The notes under the pieces: generated by a model
Told to the model about the DNA's origin: nothing
What the model saw: the letters and a program-made list of their open reading frames with translations, nothing else
The model's database searches: none
Assembly: GCF_018350175.1 (NCBI RefSeq)
Contig: NC_058368.1
Span: 209,562,001-209,626,000 of the forward strand
Direction: 5' to 3'
DNA length: 64,000 bases
Source: Felis catus
Lineage: Eukaryota
Program-made: the position numbers and the translations under genes
Shown here: in pieces, positions 1-12,784 of the stretch
Layout of the letters: every line of letters begins with the position of its first letter
Numbering within the stretch: position 1 is the stretch's first letter

Positions 1-39
1 TCCTGTATTAAAACACCCACTACCACACTAAGTAAAAGG

Positions 40-1950
40 GATGATTATAGGCACTCATGTCCTATTCCTGACTTCAAGGAGAATGTTTCTCATTTTTCAC
101 CCCTAGGTGGAAAGATCAGGATAAGGTTGTACTGGTCTATTCCTATTCAGTGAAAAGCTTTTAAATCATGAACAAAAGCTAAAAATTTTTAATGTTCTTT
201 AGGTACCTATTATGAGGCACACAGCATCCCCAACCTCTTAAATTTGTGTTAACTGTCTAATAATTATCCATGTATTCCCGATAATATATCCAATTTTATC
301 ATATAGGCTACCAACACTGCTTATTTGGTTTGGTAATATTTATTTAAAAATTTTAGGTGATAATTGGTCTATAATTTTCCTTTTTCACAGTTTCTTCACT
401 ACACCTGATTCTGGTATTCAGATTATCTAACTCTATAGAATGAAGTAGGAGAGTGTTGACATTTTTCTTCTGTCTGGAATGTTTGAAGATTAGAACACCT
501 CCTTTGAATGCTTGGTAGAACTTGTAGATAAAACTGTCTGATTATGTTTTATCTCCTCTGCTTCTCTTAAGGGAGAGAGAATTTGAACTACTAAAGGATG
601 TATGTGCGCTTAAAATTATGATAGATACTGTCAAAATGTTCTCTAAAAAGACTGTCCAATTTATATCCCAATGAAGAATGTAGGAAGTTCAAATTTCCCG
701 GCACGTTTGTTGATACTAGGTATAACTAAAAAATGTTTACTAATCTGGTTAATATATTTCATCGTAATTTTGATTCATATCTCTTTAATGTCAGCCAGGT
801 TGACCATATTTTAATATAGGCATAAATCTTTCTGGTGTCCAATTTGTTTTCTTTTTCAGTATGTCTGTTTCTTCTTAATTCTATTTTTGTCTTCTTCGTA
901 TCAATCTGTATAAAATCTTGGTATATATATTTTTTTTAATTTAAAAAAAAAAATTTTTTTTTCCAACATTTATTTTTGGGACAGAGAGACACAGAGCATG
1001 AACAGGGGAGGGGCAAAGAGAGGGAGACACAGAATCGGAAACAGGCTCCAGGCTCTGAGCCATCAGCCCAGAGCCCGACGCGGGGCTCGAACTCACGGAC
1101 CGCGAGATCGTGACCTGGCTGAAGTCGGACGCTTAACCGACTGCGCCACCCAGGCGCCCCAAATCTTGGTATATTAAAACTTAATACTTTGTGTTCGTAA
1201 TAAATTTTGAAAATATAATTTCCCCATATTTACTTGTCCTTATTTATATTCAAATATTTATATTAAAATTATAATACAAAATATATACTATACAAAAAAT
1301 TATATTAATCTGTTTCTTCATTTCTGTCCTTAATTTTTTAAGAAGTGAATTACTAATTCACTGTCCTTAATTTTTTTAGAAGTGAATAATTATATTTGGT
1401 GTTTATATAAATATCTTTCCTAGCAACTGTATTTAATGGCAAAGAATTATTCCTGTTGATGAAGGGGTTCATTGTGCTCATCCTTCAGCTTCTCTGTATG
1501 GCTAAAATTTTTATAACATAAGGTTGAAAAAAAATGTTTCAAATGTTACCTTCCACATATTCTAAATTCCCATATATATTTGCCTAATTTCTGGATTCTG
1601 TGTTGTCCCATCTACCTATCCGTTTGTTTCTTACCACTCTACATGTTCTAATTAACCTTAATATCTAGGTAGGGCTAATCCTGGAGTAACATTTCTAGTT
1701 GCTCAAATATCTGAGAATTTCCAAGAAATGACTCATTACCGAATAGGAAGATGCCCAAATCATATTTCTCTTTTGATTTTGTGATTTCAACTTTTCTTCT
1801 GAAAAAGCTGGATTTATCTTGTTTAAAAAACAACAGTAAACAGAGTAAAAATTTACATTCTTTCCTACACATACAAATGTGTATATGGATATTTCCATAA
1901 GAAACCAATGCATCCTTTTAACATTTCCCTTTCATTAGTTAAAATGTTCT
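40..1950 (-). mobile_element. Old, decayed L1 (L1M-type) fragments
   Basis: T-rich antisense L1 ORF2/3'-like motifs (e.g. tttgaatgcttggtagaacttg, ctaatttctggattctgtgttgtccc); interrupted by a SINE; boundaries approximate. Confidence 0.55.
927..1160 (-). mobile_element. Young felid CanSINE (SINEC_Fc-type)
   Basis: tRNA-derived head GGGGCGCCTGGGTGGCGCAGTCGGTTAAGCG, (CT)n and A-tail. TSD aaatcttggtatat at 913-926 and 1161-1174. Confidence 0.95.
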
Positions 1951-2815
1951 TCATATCTTTGTGTGCCAGAGTATACTAATATTTTACAATTATCAAGAAC
2001 CTATATAATACATACATACTTACATTCAGCACTCACACTAAAGTCTGTAATTTTGGAGTTGTCTATTCCAAATGTGTGATCCACCTCCTGGTTTTCCCTT
2101 GAATTAGTGTATGAAATAATCTCAACCTAGTACTTCATTATCTAGCTTTGAGAAATCAGAAGTTGGTGGTTTTGATTGATGACTACATTAACAGTTTGTA
2201 AGTTGAAAAGTTTATAAAAGACATTTGATTCCATGTATGATAGAAAAGAAGAATACACACAGGAACTAATAATTGACTGCAAATGTTAAAAATTTGCTAT
2301 TATTTATAGGGGACAAAACCAGGTATTTGTTAACAGTCTCTTCTACACTTTTTATAATTTCTCAAAAAAAGTATAAATTTATACTATTAATAAAAAACTA
2401 TTTAGAAGCCAGGACATACATCTCAAAGCAATATAACCTTACAAAGACATTATCAGCTAATTTCAACTGAGAACTAGTAACATAATCCCAGAACTTTCTC
2501 TACCAGCACTGTATTTACTTTATAGTAAAATTTTCACACTATACATACTTCACCAATTAAAACAAAATTCTCTTTGGCTTAGTGCTATGTAAGAACACGG
2601 CCCAATTAAAAAAAAATATTTCTAATTTCATAACTAGATACACTCAGTTGTATAATAATCTAATCCAAAGAGTCATGTGACAGGGATCCTTTTATCTCCC
2701 AAATGATGAATTTCAGGGTCCTGTTTTAGTTTGTATTTCAAAAACTATAAAAAGAAAAAAATTAATTTGCTTAAATTACAGGCATTCCCTGTAGATAAAT
2801 AACCAACTTTCTTAC

Positions 2816-2967
2816 CTTGCTGCATCTGTGGATGTGTTGTATAACTTGAAGGATGGGAATATGGCATGTATCCTGCAGGGCTTTGTGGGGCATATGGACT
2901 AGGCACTGGGCTATTTTGTTGTGGCATAAATCTGTTCCCAGAGCTTGTCTGTGGTGGCACAAACCGG
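2816..2967 (-). CDS. NIPBL: NIPBL exon 6 (SRFVPPQTSSGNRFMPQQNSPVPSPYAPQSPAGYMPYSHPSSYTTHPQMQQ)
   Basis: 152 nt; acceptor gggtttcag|, donor AAG|gtaaga; lies inside track ORF 2745..2993. The gene continues past position 1. Confidence 0.98.
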
Positions 2968-3256
2968 CTGAAACCCAAAATCCAAACAAACAATATCAGG
3001 AAATGAAATAAATATGCTATTCCTTAAAATTTCATGGTCATAAAATTCTCACAACTCTGATTTGTATAAAACAATACCTATGCAAACAGAAAATTTTGAA
3101 AAGTAGATAATATAAAAATTATCCCCAATTGATAATCTAACAGTTAAACTAAACAGGTAATTAATTTATTTCACTTGCATAAAAGTATCCCTCTATTTAA
3201 GATAAAGTCATGCTCCCTAAATTCTACTCTACAAATTTTCTTATCTCAAGCACATT

Positions 3257-3355
<99 letters not shown>

Positions 3356-3545
3356 AGGGAGGGAGAGGGAGGGAGGGAGGGAAGGAGGGAGGGAGGGAGG
3401 ACGTGAGCAAGGGAGAGGGGCAGAGTGATAGAATCTTAAGCAGGTTCCACCCTCAGCACCGAGCCCAATGCAGATCCACTACCCGAGGATCATGACCTGG
3501 GCTGAAATCAAGATCAGATGCTTAACTAAGGCACCCAGGTGCCTC
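3257..3545 (-). mobile_element. CanSINE with expanded (TTTA)n and (GA)n/(GGGA)n tracts, intron 5
   Basis: Head gcacccaggtgcctc; imperfect TSD tctcaa(g/a)cacatt. Confidence 0.85.
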
Positions 3546-3805
3546 TCAAACACATTATTTTAACACGTTCTTTTGTCTGTATGAAATTAAATTACCAAGA
3601 TGGTAGCTACTTCAATTAGTGTATTAGAGCATTTCTGCATATAACATTTTAAGACAAATGTTGGTGTGAGTTACTATTTAAGGCTAAGCATTTCAACTTT
3701 TTAACTACATATAATTCACCTTTACCTAACTGTATGTATACAGCATAAATTCACAAGCATGCTCATCACAGAAAATAGTACTTAATAAAATGATGCATAT
3801 ATTAC

Positions 3806-3905
3806 CTGGAGGGGCTATGTGAGATAGTGGTTTGTTGATAATTGGAAGATGCAGGACTACTGTGCATGGAATTCTGAGAAAGTTTATACTGAGGCATCAT
3901 CATTC
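3806..3905 (-). CDS. NIPBL: NIPBL exon 5 (GMMMPQYKLSQNSMHSSPASSNYQQTTISHSPS)
   Basis: 100 nt; acceptor tgttgtgtag|, donor CAG|gtaata; in frame. Confidence 0.97.
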
Positions 3906-6746
3906 CTACACAACACATAAGAATGGAAAATGTGTTTTTTCTTTTAATGGTAAAGTATCTTTAAATGATTTAAAGCAATTGCTCTATCACAAACATTCAA
4001 AAGTTCTTTCTGTTCTTTCCTTTTTTTGACTCACAGGTTCACTTTGAAGAGCAAAACACAGAAACTAAATTTCAAGCACAACCAATTTTACTAAAACATC
4101 CTTTTACCATATAACTAATGCAAGACCAGAGATAGAGATTTTTTTTTTAAATTCTACTTGCTTACTTAACGTCCTATCATTTAGCCTTAAAATTGAAAGA
4201 ACCTTTAGAAGTCACCTTTTCTAACCCCTGACCAAATACTACACAATTACTTCTACAATAGGTCCTTTGGTGGTTTTTCCATTATATGGGACATACTTTA
4301 TTACATACATCCCCAGTCTTCAGGAGCTTCATTTCATTCTATTTGTTTCACTGAGATTCAGACCTCAGTTTTAAAAAGTACTACTTTATTGAGGGGCCCA
4401 AAGTTTGAGTTGCTGCCATTTCCATCAGAATGTTTTGATGCAAAACAGAACGCTCCTATTCTTTCTTCTCCGATAATTCTTTGCCACAGTAAGGATTAAA
4501 TGAATATTTGACTAAAGAATGAAAATGTGAGGAGGACAGCTTTCAGATTCTCATATTTCTTTTCAAGCTAGACATTGTTCCTTCAATTATTACACAAGGG
4601 GCATTTTTTTTACATAGGAGATGCAAAAAAATCCAGTTATTTAGGCATTGTAAAATCAAAGATAAAAATCTATGATTACACCTGAACTTTCTTATGATAT
4701 GTATAGCCAATCTTTTTGGAAGCTTTACACATCATATCACATTCCCAAATTCCAGTTCCTGCTATTGATATGAAAAGTCCCTTTTACCAGAAACATTCAA
4801 ACAGAAGCTACATGTTCATTTGCCTGGAATACTTCAGAAGGGATTCTAGCTCTAGGACGGTAGTTGAATAAAATGAGGGCTCAAAATCGCCTGGAAAACT
4901 ACCACTAATAGTGTGTTTTCTTTTATATATAGTCTAAATTAACTTCTGAGCTTTCTCTTCCAACTCAAATTCAGTAGTAAGTCATATGTTCCATAGCTTA
5001 ATAATTTAAGTACTATAATTACTGTTGATGATTTTTTTTTTTTTTTTGAGCGGGAGAGCAATCCTCTATGAGATGATAGTTAAAAAATGTTTCCCCTGAA
5101 TTAACAGGCTGGAACAAGCTGGGATTACTAGTTTGAAAGCAATGGTTTTATTAAAAAAGAAGAAAAAAAAAAAAAAAAGGAGAGGGTGGCAAATAAAATT
5201 CCTAATAGTCCTTCCTGATTATCTCAAAGCTCCAAACAACTATGAATAAAGTGATTTGCATATTATTAAATTTTCTCCATATGTGTGACTCAAATTTACA
5301 TTTAGCAATCAAGAATCACTTTTCTAAATTATAAAGCCAAATATCACCAGGGAAACGCTTAGAAAAAAAAATCACAACACACAACGTGTCAATTCACTTT
5401 TTAATGCTAGTTTGTTTTCACAAAGTATGATATGGAGAAATTAACGTTTTGGGCTAAAATATAAGTGTATGTAGTATAAAATACAAAATGTGTGATTTAA
5501 ACGTGAATACTCTAAAAAGTTTATTAGAGTAATTTACTACCCAAATTAAATATTTAAAAATATGTTACAAAATGTAGTATAAATAGCTTTGGAAGACTTC
5601 CTTTATTCAATTTTATATCCACTCACATTATCTTATACTTAATGCTCCTTTCCTGTAAGTTTTTCTTCTAATCAATGATCTCTCCATATTTTCTTTCATT
5701 CAACATTCTTCCAGAGCATTTGTAATTCTAGATTTACTTTCACCATTCCTATCTGTCTCCTCCTACTGCAATCTAGCTTCTTGGTTCTAGTGAAGATACA
5801 GTGTCGCCCTGCAGACTTGCCTTCAATTTGCTGAAGGGGAGTTTGGGCAGAGGCATCTCCATGGGCTCACTTTGGGGAATGGATAGCAACTATGCAATTG
5901 CTTAAAAACACAATTCACACACAAATACATAAAATTAACAAATACTATTTAAAAAACAAGACAAAACTAGGAAAGGGAATGGAGGGCTTCATGGAGGTAC
6001 TGTCAATAAATCTGCCAATATTCTTGAATACAATTCATCAGGTAATTAAGTTGGACCTTCCTGAGCTGTCTAAACTATTCCTTTCTAAATATTTTAATCT
6101 TGAGAGCCAAATAAATACTTGGGCTTGCCAGATTCAGTACAATGCTCCTGGGTACACCTTGATTACATAAAAATTGTATCTATATTGAATATCATATCTT
6201 TATGCTTTTTATAATATTTATTATAAATAAATTTTTCCTTAATAATAATACTTATAAACCTACTTTTCTGTTGCTAAGGCAGCAAAAGAGTGAAACCAAT
6301 TGCTACAGAACTATGAATATAATCACTATCAGTACTAACACTAAAACCTGTTATAATTATTTATGTAAGTACTGCATGTTGAAAAGCTCTGCAAGTATTT
6401 TTATAATTTGATTAATGAAAAGACTCCTTTTATATCAATTCCATGATTTTCTGATATAAGAAAAGACTTTTAAAGCTCTCTGAGTAAATGAATGTATTCT
6501 GAAATATATAACAAAATACACTTCAGCTCTGTCTAATTTCCAAGGAATTTAGTTACATATTAAACTTCAAGAATATTAACATTCATTTGGTCTCCTTCTT
6601 ATTCTTGGCTTGATTCAAAGTATCAACATAGCATTCATAGATGATAGGCTACCTTATTAAAGGAGACACTTGAATTTACAAATGAAACAATCTCTGATAG
6701 AAGACCCACAAAAAAATATAATATGAAATTCAATTAAAAACCTTAC

Positions 6747-6874
6747 CACTCTGTACATATCTGTTCTGCATACTTTTCTCCCTGAAAACATTAGGACTCC
6801 TTGCCAGGACAGCCTGCAACAAGACTGGTATGTCGCCTTCTGGATCATCACTGCCAAGGTTATCTTTCAACTCT
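6747..6874 (-). CDS. NIPBL: NIPBL exon 4 (ELKDNLGSDDPEGDIPVLLQAVLARSPNVFREKSMQNRYVQS)
   Basis: 128 nt; acceptor tttttttaatcccag|, donor GTG|gtaagg; in frame. Confidence 0.98.
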
Positions 6875-7201
6875 CTGGGATTAAAAAAACAAATATCAAA
6901 AATGAAAATAGTGATTAAGAATTCCCTATTCTACATTAGTTAGATAGCAATTTACTAGTGAAATTCATAAAGGACTGAGGTAGAAAATCAAGAACTTATG
7001 GCATATAAAAAAAATGCACAAAAGATGTTCAACAATTTCATGGATTTTTGAAGACACTATTCCTGGAAGAAACAGAATTATCAAAAATGACAGGGAGAAG
7101 TTCTTCTAAAGACAACTTTTTTTCCCATTTTAAACAGGAAAAAAAAAAAAAGGCCAAAACATTTTATGGAACTATTAGTTTACTTAAGAATGTTCACATA
7201 A

Positions 7202-7406
7202 GGGGCGCCTGGGTGGCTCAGTCAGTTGAGCATCTGACTTTGGCTCAGGTCATGATCTCCCGGTTCTTGATTTTGAGCCCCGCGTCGGGCTCTGTGCTGA
7301 AAGTTTGGACCATGGGGTCTGTTTCAGATTCTACATCTCCTTCTTTCTCTGGCCACCTCCTCATTTGTGCTCTGTCTCTCTCTCCCTCAAAAATAAATAA
7401 ACGTTA
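7202..7406 (+). mobile_element. CanSINE whose tail is split by an L1 (tail resumes ~8303-8341)
   Basis: SINE head at 7202; TSD aagaatgttcacat at 7186-7199 and 8342-8355. Confidence 0.9.
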
Positions 7407-7679
7407 TGGGAATGCAAGCTGGTGCAGCCACTCTGGAAAAGAGTATGGAGGTTCTTCAAAAAACTAAAAATAGGGGGCGCCTGGGTGGCGCAGTCGGTTA
7501 AGCGTCCGACTTCAGCCAGGTCACGATCTCGCGGTCCGTGAGTTCGAGCCCCGCGTCGGGCTCTGGGCTGATGGCTCAGAGCCTGGAGCCTGTTTCCGAT
7601 TCTGTGTCTCCCTCTCTCTCTGCCCCTCCCCCGTTCATGCTCTGTCTCTCTCTGTCCCAAAAATAAATAAACGTTGAAA

Positions 7680-7734
<55 letters not shown>

Positions 7735-8302
7735 TAGAACTACCCTATGACCCAGCAATTGCACTACTAGGCATTTATCCACAGGATAGAGGTGTGCTGT
7801 TTCGAAGGGACACATGCACCCCCATGTTTATAGCAGCACTATCGACAATAGCCAAAGTATGGAAAGAGCCCAAATGGCCCTCAATGGATGAATGGATAAA
7901 GAAGATGTGGGTGTGGGTGTGTGTGTGTGTCTGCAATCAAAAAGAATGAAATCTGCCATTTGCAACTACATGGATGGAACTGGAGGGTATTATGCTAAGT
8001 GAAATTAGAGAAAGACAAAAATTATATGACTTCACTCATATGAGGACTTTAAGAGATGAACAAAACAGATGAACATAAGGAAGGGAAACAAAATAATATA
8101 AAAACAGGGATGGGGACAAAACAGAAGAGACTCATAAACATGGAGAACAAACTGAGGGTTATGGGAGGGATTGTGGGAGGGGGATGGGCTAAATGGGTAA
8201 GGAGCACTAAGGAATCTACTCCTGAAATCACTGTTGCACTATATGCCAACTAATTTGGATGTAAATTTAAAAAAATAAAAAATAAAACAAGTTAAAAAAA
8301 AT
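7407..8302 (+). mobile_element. 5'-truncated carnivore/felid L1 (ORF2 C-terminus + 3' UTR)
   Basis: Encodes KIELPYDPAIALLGIYP...CTPMFIAALSTIAKVWKEPK; TSD aaaataaataaacgtta at 7390-7406 and 8303-8319. Confidence 0.93.
7474..7721 (+). mobile_element. Very young CanSINE nested in the L1
   Basis: CpGs intact; ~39-nt pure A run; TSD aaaaaactaaaaatag at 7458-7473 and 7722-7737. Confidence 0.95.
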
Positions 8303-8359
8303 AAAATAAATAAACGTTAAAAAAAACTTAAAAAAAAAAAAAAGAATGTTCACATTAGT

Positions 8360-8505
8360 GAACTCTTGAGTGGCTCAGTCGGTTAAGCATTTTGTTCTTG
8401 GTTTCAGCTCCAATGACTTGGAATGCTCTTCTCTCTCTGCCCTTAATCTGCACACATGCTCCTGCTCTAGCTCTCTCTCTTAAAATAAATAAGGAAACTG
8501 AAAAA
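8360..8505 (+). mobile_element. Older, internally deleted CanSINE
   Basis: gtggctcagtcggttaagca head remnant, (CT)n, aaaataaat; TSD aatgttcacattagt at 8345-8359 and 8506-8520. Confidence 0.8.
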
Positions 8506-9417
8506 AATGTTCACATTAGTTTCAAAGTAGAAAACAGAGACTACTCTATTCAAAATAATGGAAGGTTACAGAGATGATAATTATGCACAGAAGTTGGTAG
8601 TTGGGCTTGGAATATATTTTCTCTCTTACATTTGAATATGAGTGAGTCTGCCTTTTTGAGAATGTCCTCTGAATGAAATACTGCTGCCACATTGGTTAAG
8701 ACAAGACCCAGAGATTATGTAATTTTTCCATCTAATATTCTTTTCTCAAAGTCATCACTGAGCAAAAAAACACCAAGCAAGTGGTTATGGATAGTTGCAA
8801 TTTTCAATAAACATGAAAGGAAGTACCAAATTAAATTTACAACTATGGAACAGAAATGATAAATATAGGCAGTGTTTTTAATTTTATATTCTACATGTCT
8901 CTGTTCTGCTCATCATTAAATCTAATAAGAAAGATTTATAAACATGGTGTCCAATGATAAATTTCAATGAATTTCTGGAGGTAATCTTAAGGCAGCTCTC
9001 CATAAAATAAATCATAACTGTATATGTGCTATTTACCTTATCTTTTTAAATATTTGGTGATAACTGTTGATTAAGTATGTATAGATATAACAAGTGACAA
9101 AATATTTAGTCACTGTTGAATTTCTGGAGTGACAAAATATTAGTATTAGACTTCCTTCTGATTTTACCAACTATTTCTCAGTTTCCCCATCAGAAAATTC
9201 ACATGTATATTACCTTAACATTCATCAGCTTTAAAAATGGCTTCAAAGTATGTACTGTATTTAATGACAGAGACCACTCCATTGTATAGTGCTTTATCCT
9301 CATTCCTATAAATAATGAATCTTTAAATTAAAAAGCAAAAATTAAAGATGGAAAGGATACATGAGTACTGCTGTATAGTGAGATGTGAAGGAATAAGAGA
9401 AATGTAACTTTTTAAAA

Positions 9418-9717
9418 AAGATTTTATTTAAAAAAAAATGTTTGTTTCTGAGAGAGAAAGCAGGGGAGGGGCAGAAAGCGGGGGAAAGAGGATCTGAAGC
9501 GGGGTCTGTGCTGACAGCAGAGAGCCCCAGGCAGGGCTCAAACTTACAAACCACGAGATTAGGACCTGAGCTGAAGTTGGACACTTAACCAACTGAACCA
9601 CCCAGGTGCCCCTTACAGATTTTATTTAAGTAATTTCCATACCCAATGTGGGGCTCAAATTTATAATCCCAAGATCAAGAGTCACATGCTCTACAGACTG
9701 AGCCAGGCTGATGCCCC
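9418..9717 (-). mobile_element. Two nested/tandem CanSINEs (~9432-9612 and ~9618-9717)
   Basis: Two SINE heads; agattttatttaa flanks the inner copy on both sides. Confidence 0.85.
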
Positions 9718-10318
9718 AAGAGATTTAACTTTTTATAAATTTTTGTATTAAGATGTTATAATTATAAGTATGTACAAGTTTTATAGTAAAAAATTTTAAA
9801 GTATACTCATATGCAAAGATTTTATAAACAAGCTATATAATATAAGTTTATATTATTTAAAAAAGTGTATTGTGTGAAAACATACACTTATGATGGTATG
9901 ATAAATTCTGGGAAAAATTACTCTCAGTTTTGTAGTAGCTATGCATGGAGTCAGTCCTTGAGTTTTAGTTAACTTCCCAGGGAAAGCATGTGAGCCTATT
10001 CCAAATAAAGCTACCAGTATAGTCCCTAGTGCTTGGGAATTCTAACCACTTTAGCAATATCAAGGGGGAGATAGCTTCTTGAGCAACTTTAGACCTCCCG
10101 GCAGAGACCCATCTTGATGAACCAAGATTATTCCAAAAGAGTTGAAAAGACCTTCACAGAACTACAGGGTCTATTTAAATCTTATCATAAGGCTACCCTG
10201 GATATTCATGTATTTTAAAATTAAACTATGTATATAAATTTTCTGAAATAAAGAGTAAAACCAGGAATACTGACTCTCTTAGTAAGACCAAAACTTTTCA
10301 CTTTTAAATTATACTTAC

Positions 10319-10484
10319 ATGTGATCTGTAGATACCTGGTTGAGGCTATGGACAAGCTGTGAAACCAAATTATCATCCCTACAGGCCAAAAGGCAGTTCA
10401 CCTCTTCTGCTATTCGTGCATTAAAGAGAAGGCTCTTTGTAGTTGTAGCAGGTAAGGGGGATGGAAGAGGCAGCTGGTTCAGGA
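10319..10484 (-). CDS. NIPBL: NIPBL exon 3 (LLNQLPLPSPLPATTTKSLLFNARIAEEVNCLLACRDDNLVSQLVHSLNQVSTDHI)
   Basis: 166 nt; acceptor aaatag|, donor CAT|gtaagt; frame continues from exon 2. Confidence 0.98.
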
Positions 10485-11667
10485 CTATTTGGAATAAAAT
10501 CAGATTATTAGAAACTGAGTGTAAGAAGTCTCTTTACAGTATCTGCTTACAAATATTCTGGGATTAAAAACAAGTTGTAAGTATCAATGTGACAAATTAT
10601 TAAAAGGCATTCTGCCTCTCCCCCCAAAAACCCCAATCAAGTCTACAAAACCCCAAAACATCACTTGGGCAATAACAGATTTTATTACTAAGAATAAAAC
10701 TCAACTCCTTTATACGCATGATTTTTCAGATCTTAAAATTTTTATTCACTTAATAAATGAATAAAGTAGCCAAAACAAGTAGCGTTAAAAAGTAACTTCT
10801 AAGAATTGAGAATACATTAATTAATCGCATTTATTTTTGCTTCTAAGATTTATCAGAATCACTAGTAATCTCACATAAATAAACCAAGTAATAATACCCA
10901 ACTCTTCAAGTAACAGGTTTTTAAAACGCTTGAGTATACATAAAAAATAAATAGCTCACTTTGGCAAAAGAACATTCATAGAATAAGGATTCTGGAAGAA
11001 GCCAAATATCTAAGGAATTATGCTATCAATTATAAATTTCTAAATAAATAGTTCTCTCTTCATTCTAGTGTAACAGCAAAAAAAGGATATGTTTTTACAG
11101 TAGTTTAAATTCAGTTATTTACAGTTTCTTCACATAATGGAAATTTTTTTATTTGTTTAAAGTAAAAGTTAAGAAAGTTAACTAAAGTATCTTTGTTTTG
11201 GGCTTATTTTCTAATCACTTATACAATGTAATTATCAGGCTCACAGCCCCAATGGCTAAAAACAGGTTTTGTTTTTTTTATTAGTAAAATCACAGGAAAC
11301 AAATTATTACTTAATAAATAGGATTTACTGGGCAAGCTTTTAAAATATAAGGTACATTTGAGAGAATAGGGAGGACAAACAAAAATAAATCCCTGGTGGT
11401 ATATCTGACTTGGCACTCCTATGTATTATATTGTTTATGTCTTACAACAAAGTGAAAACACAACCTAAAGAGTTTGACAAGTTTTCTCACCTGAGTTATC
11501 CTAACCCCACCAGCTACTTTCTTATCTCAGACTTCAGAAACTAGCCATGTTACTTTCCTAACCTCAAAGCTATCAGCCTTTAACTATTTTTCTCCCAATA
11601 AAACCAGTGGAAATCAACAACAGAAAAACAGTATTAAAGGACTGCTGAACACAGATAAAAATGCTTA

Positions 11668-11865
11668 AGAAACTCTTCAATACTGAGAACAAACTGAGGG
11701 TTGGTGAAGGGGAGGTAGGTGGGGGATTGGTTAAATGGGTGATGGGCATTAAGGAGCGCACTTTTCAGGATAAGCACTGGGTGTTGTACATAAGATATGA
11801 ATCAATGGGTTCTACTCCTGAAGGCAAGACCACACTGTATGTTAACTAACTTTAATTTAAATAAA
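11668..11865 (+). mobile_element. Carnivore L1 3' UTR fragment
   Basis: gagaacaaactgagggttg...gagcactgggtgttgt...tgtatgttaactaac; similar to the 3' ends at ~8100-8300 and ~62800-63020. Confidence 0.85.
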
Positions 11866-12784
11866 CAATGACAACACTGGTGGGGAAATAAGTGTGGAAA
11901 CCTTGACAGTTATTAAAACTACCCCTCAACTAGAAATGAGCTGGGGCCAACCACAAAAACCAAACACTTCTTGAAGTTATTTTCTCATAGCTCCTTTATT
12001 TTAAAGCCCCAAAGCCTGCATAATGCAACGTCCTCACCTTCTACCCTTCTCTCTCCTACCTCTTTTTCCCTTTATTTATTCAAGTAGGATGACACGTGGA
12101 CTGACATTGTAGGTAGCTTTTTGCACCATTACCCAGGGACTAAGAATTAGAGTTAGAGCTAGCTACCACAAGAATGAGTCCCTAAAAACTGTGTTACACT
12201 AAGTAAATCTCAAAAGAATGATGAAATTCTTTGAACTTAAATGTTCAGAATAAAATGGGCTGCTAATATCTATGACAAACTCCAAAAGATTACTGAAAAT
12301 GACATCCAAAATGAACATCACTAAGAAATTAGATTAAGTCAGGCTATCAATCTTTCTTCTCTGAAGGGCAGTTTCCATTACCATTTCTAGAAATGCTTTT
12401 TTTAAAGTCTATATTTGTTCCTATATGCAAATCCATGCTTCTTCAGTTTTGATTTTTTTTTAATGCTTTGTCTCATCTTCTTTGGTCCTTACTTTTGTAT
12501 TGATTCCTTTATCGTGTTAAGACATTTAAATAAAGGCCACCATTTCTTAATTGGTCATTAGGATGAAACAGAAATTAAGGTCTTATCTACTAGCTGACCA
12601 CTCTAATTTTGTTACTTTCACATGCATGCCAATAAACCAAAGGAAATAATGATATTTGTCATTAAAATTTTTAAATCTCAAATAATTTATTTATGACAAC
12701 TGCAAATAACTTTTTCTACAGTCTCTTAAAAAATCATTGTTAACACAGAAGAGAACACAGATTAGATAAATTGACCAAACTTAC

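Noticed and set aside
1324..1387. 27-bp direct repeat (ctgtccttaatttttt(a/t)agaagtgaat) with 37-bp period
   Set aside because: A simple local tandem duplication inside a decayed L1 region, with no sign of function.
2745..2993. 82-aa ORF as a standalone gene
   Set aside because: It is NIPBL exon 6 plus flanking intron read-through.
7474..7560. tRNA-like sequence with A and B boxes
   Set aside because: It is the tRNA-derived head of a CanSINE, not a tRNA gene; the same applies to all other SINE heads.
9950..10130. Non-repeat-looking stretch in intron 3 considered as a snoRNA or cryptic exon
   Set aside because: I could not identify convincing C/D or H/ACA boxes or a paired set of splice sites.
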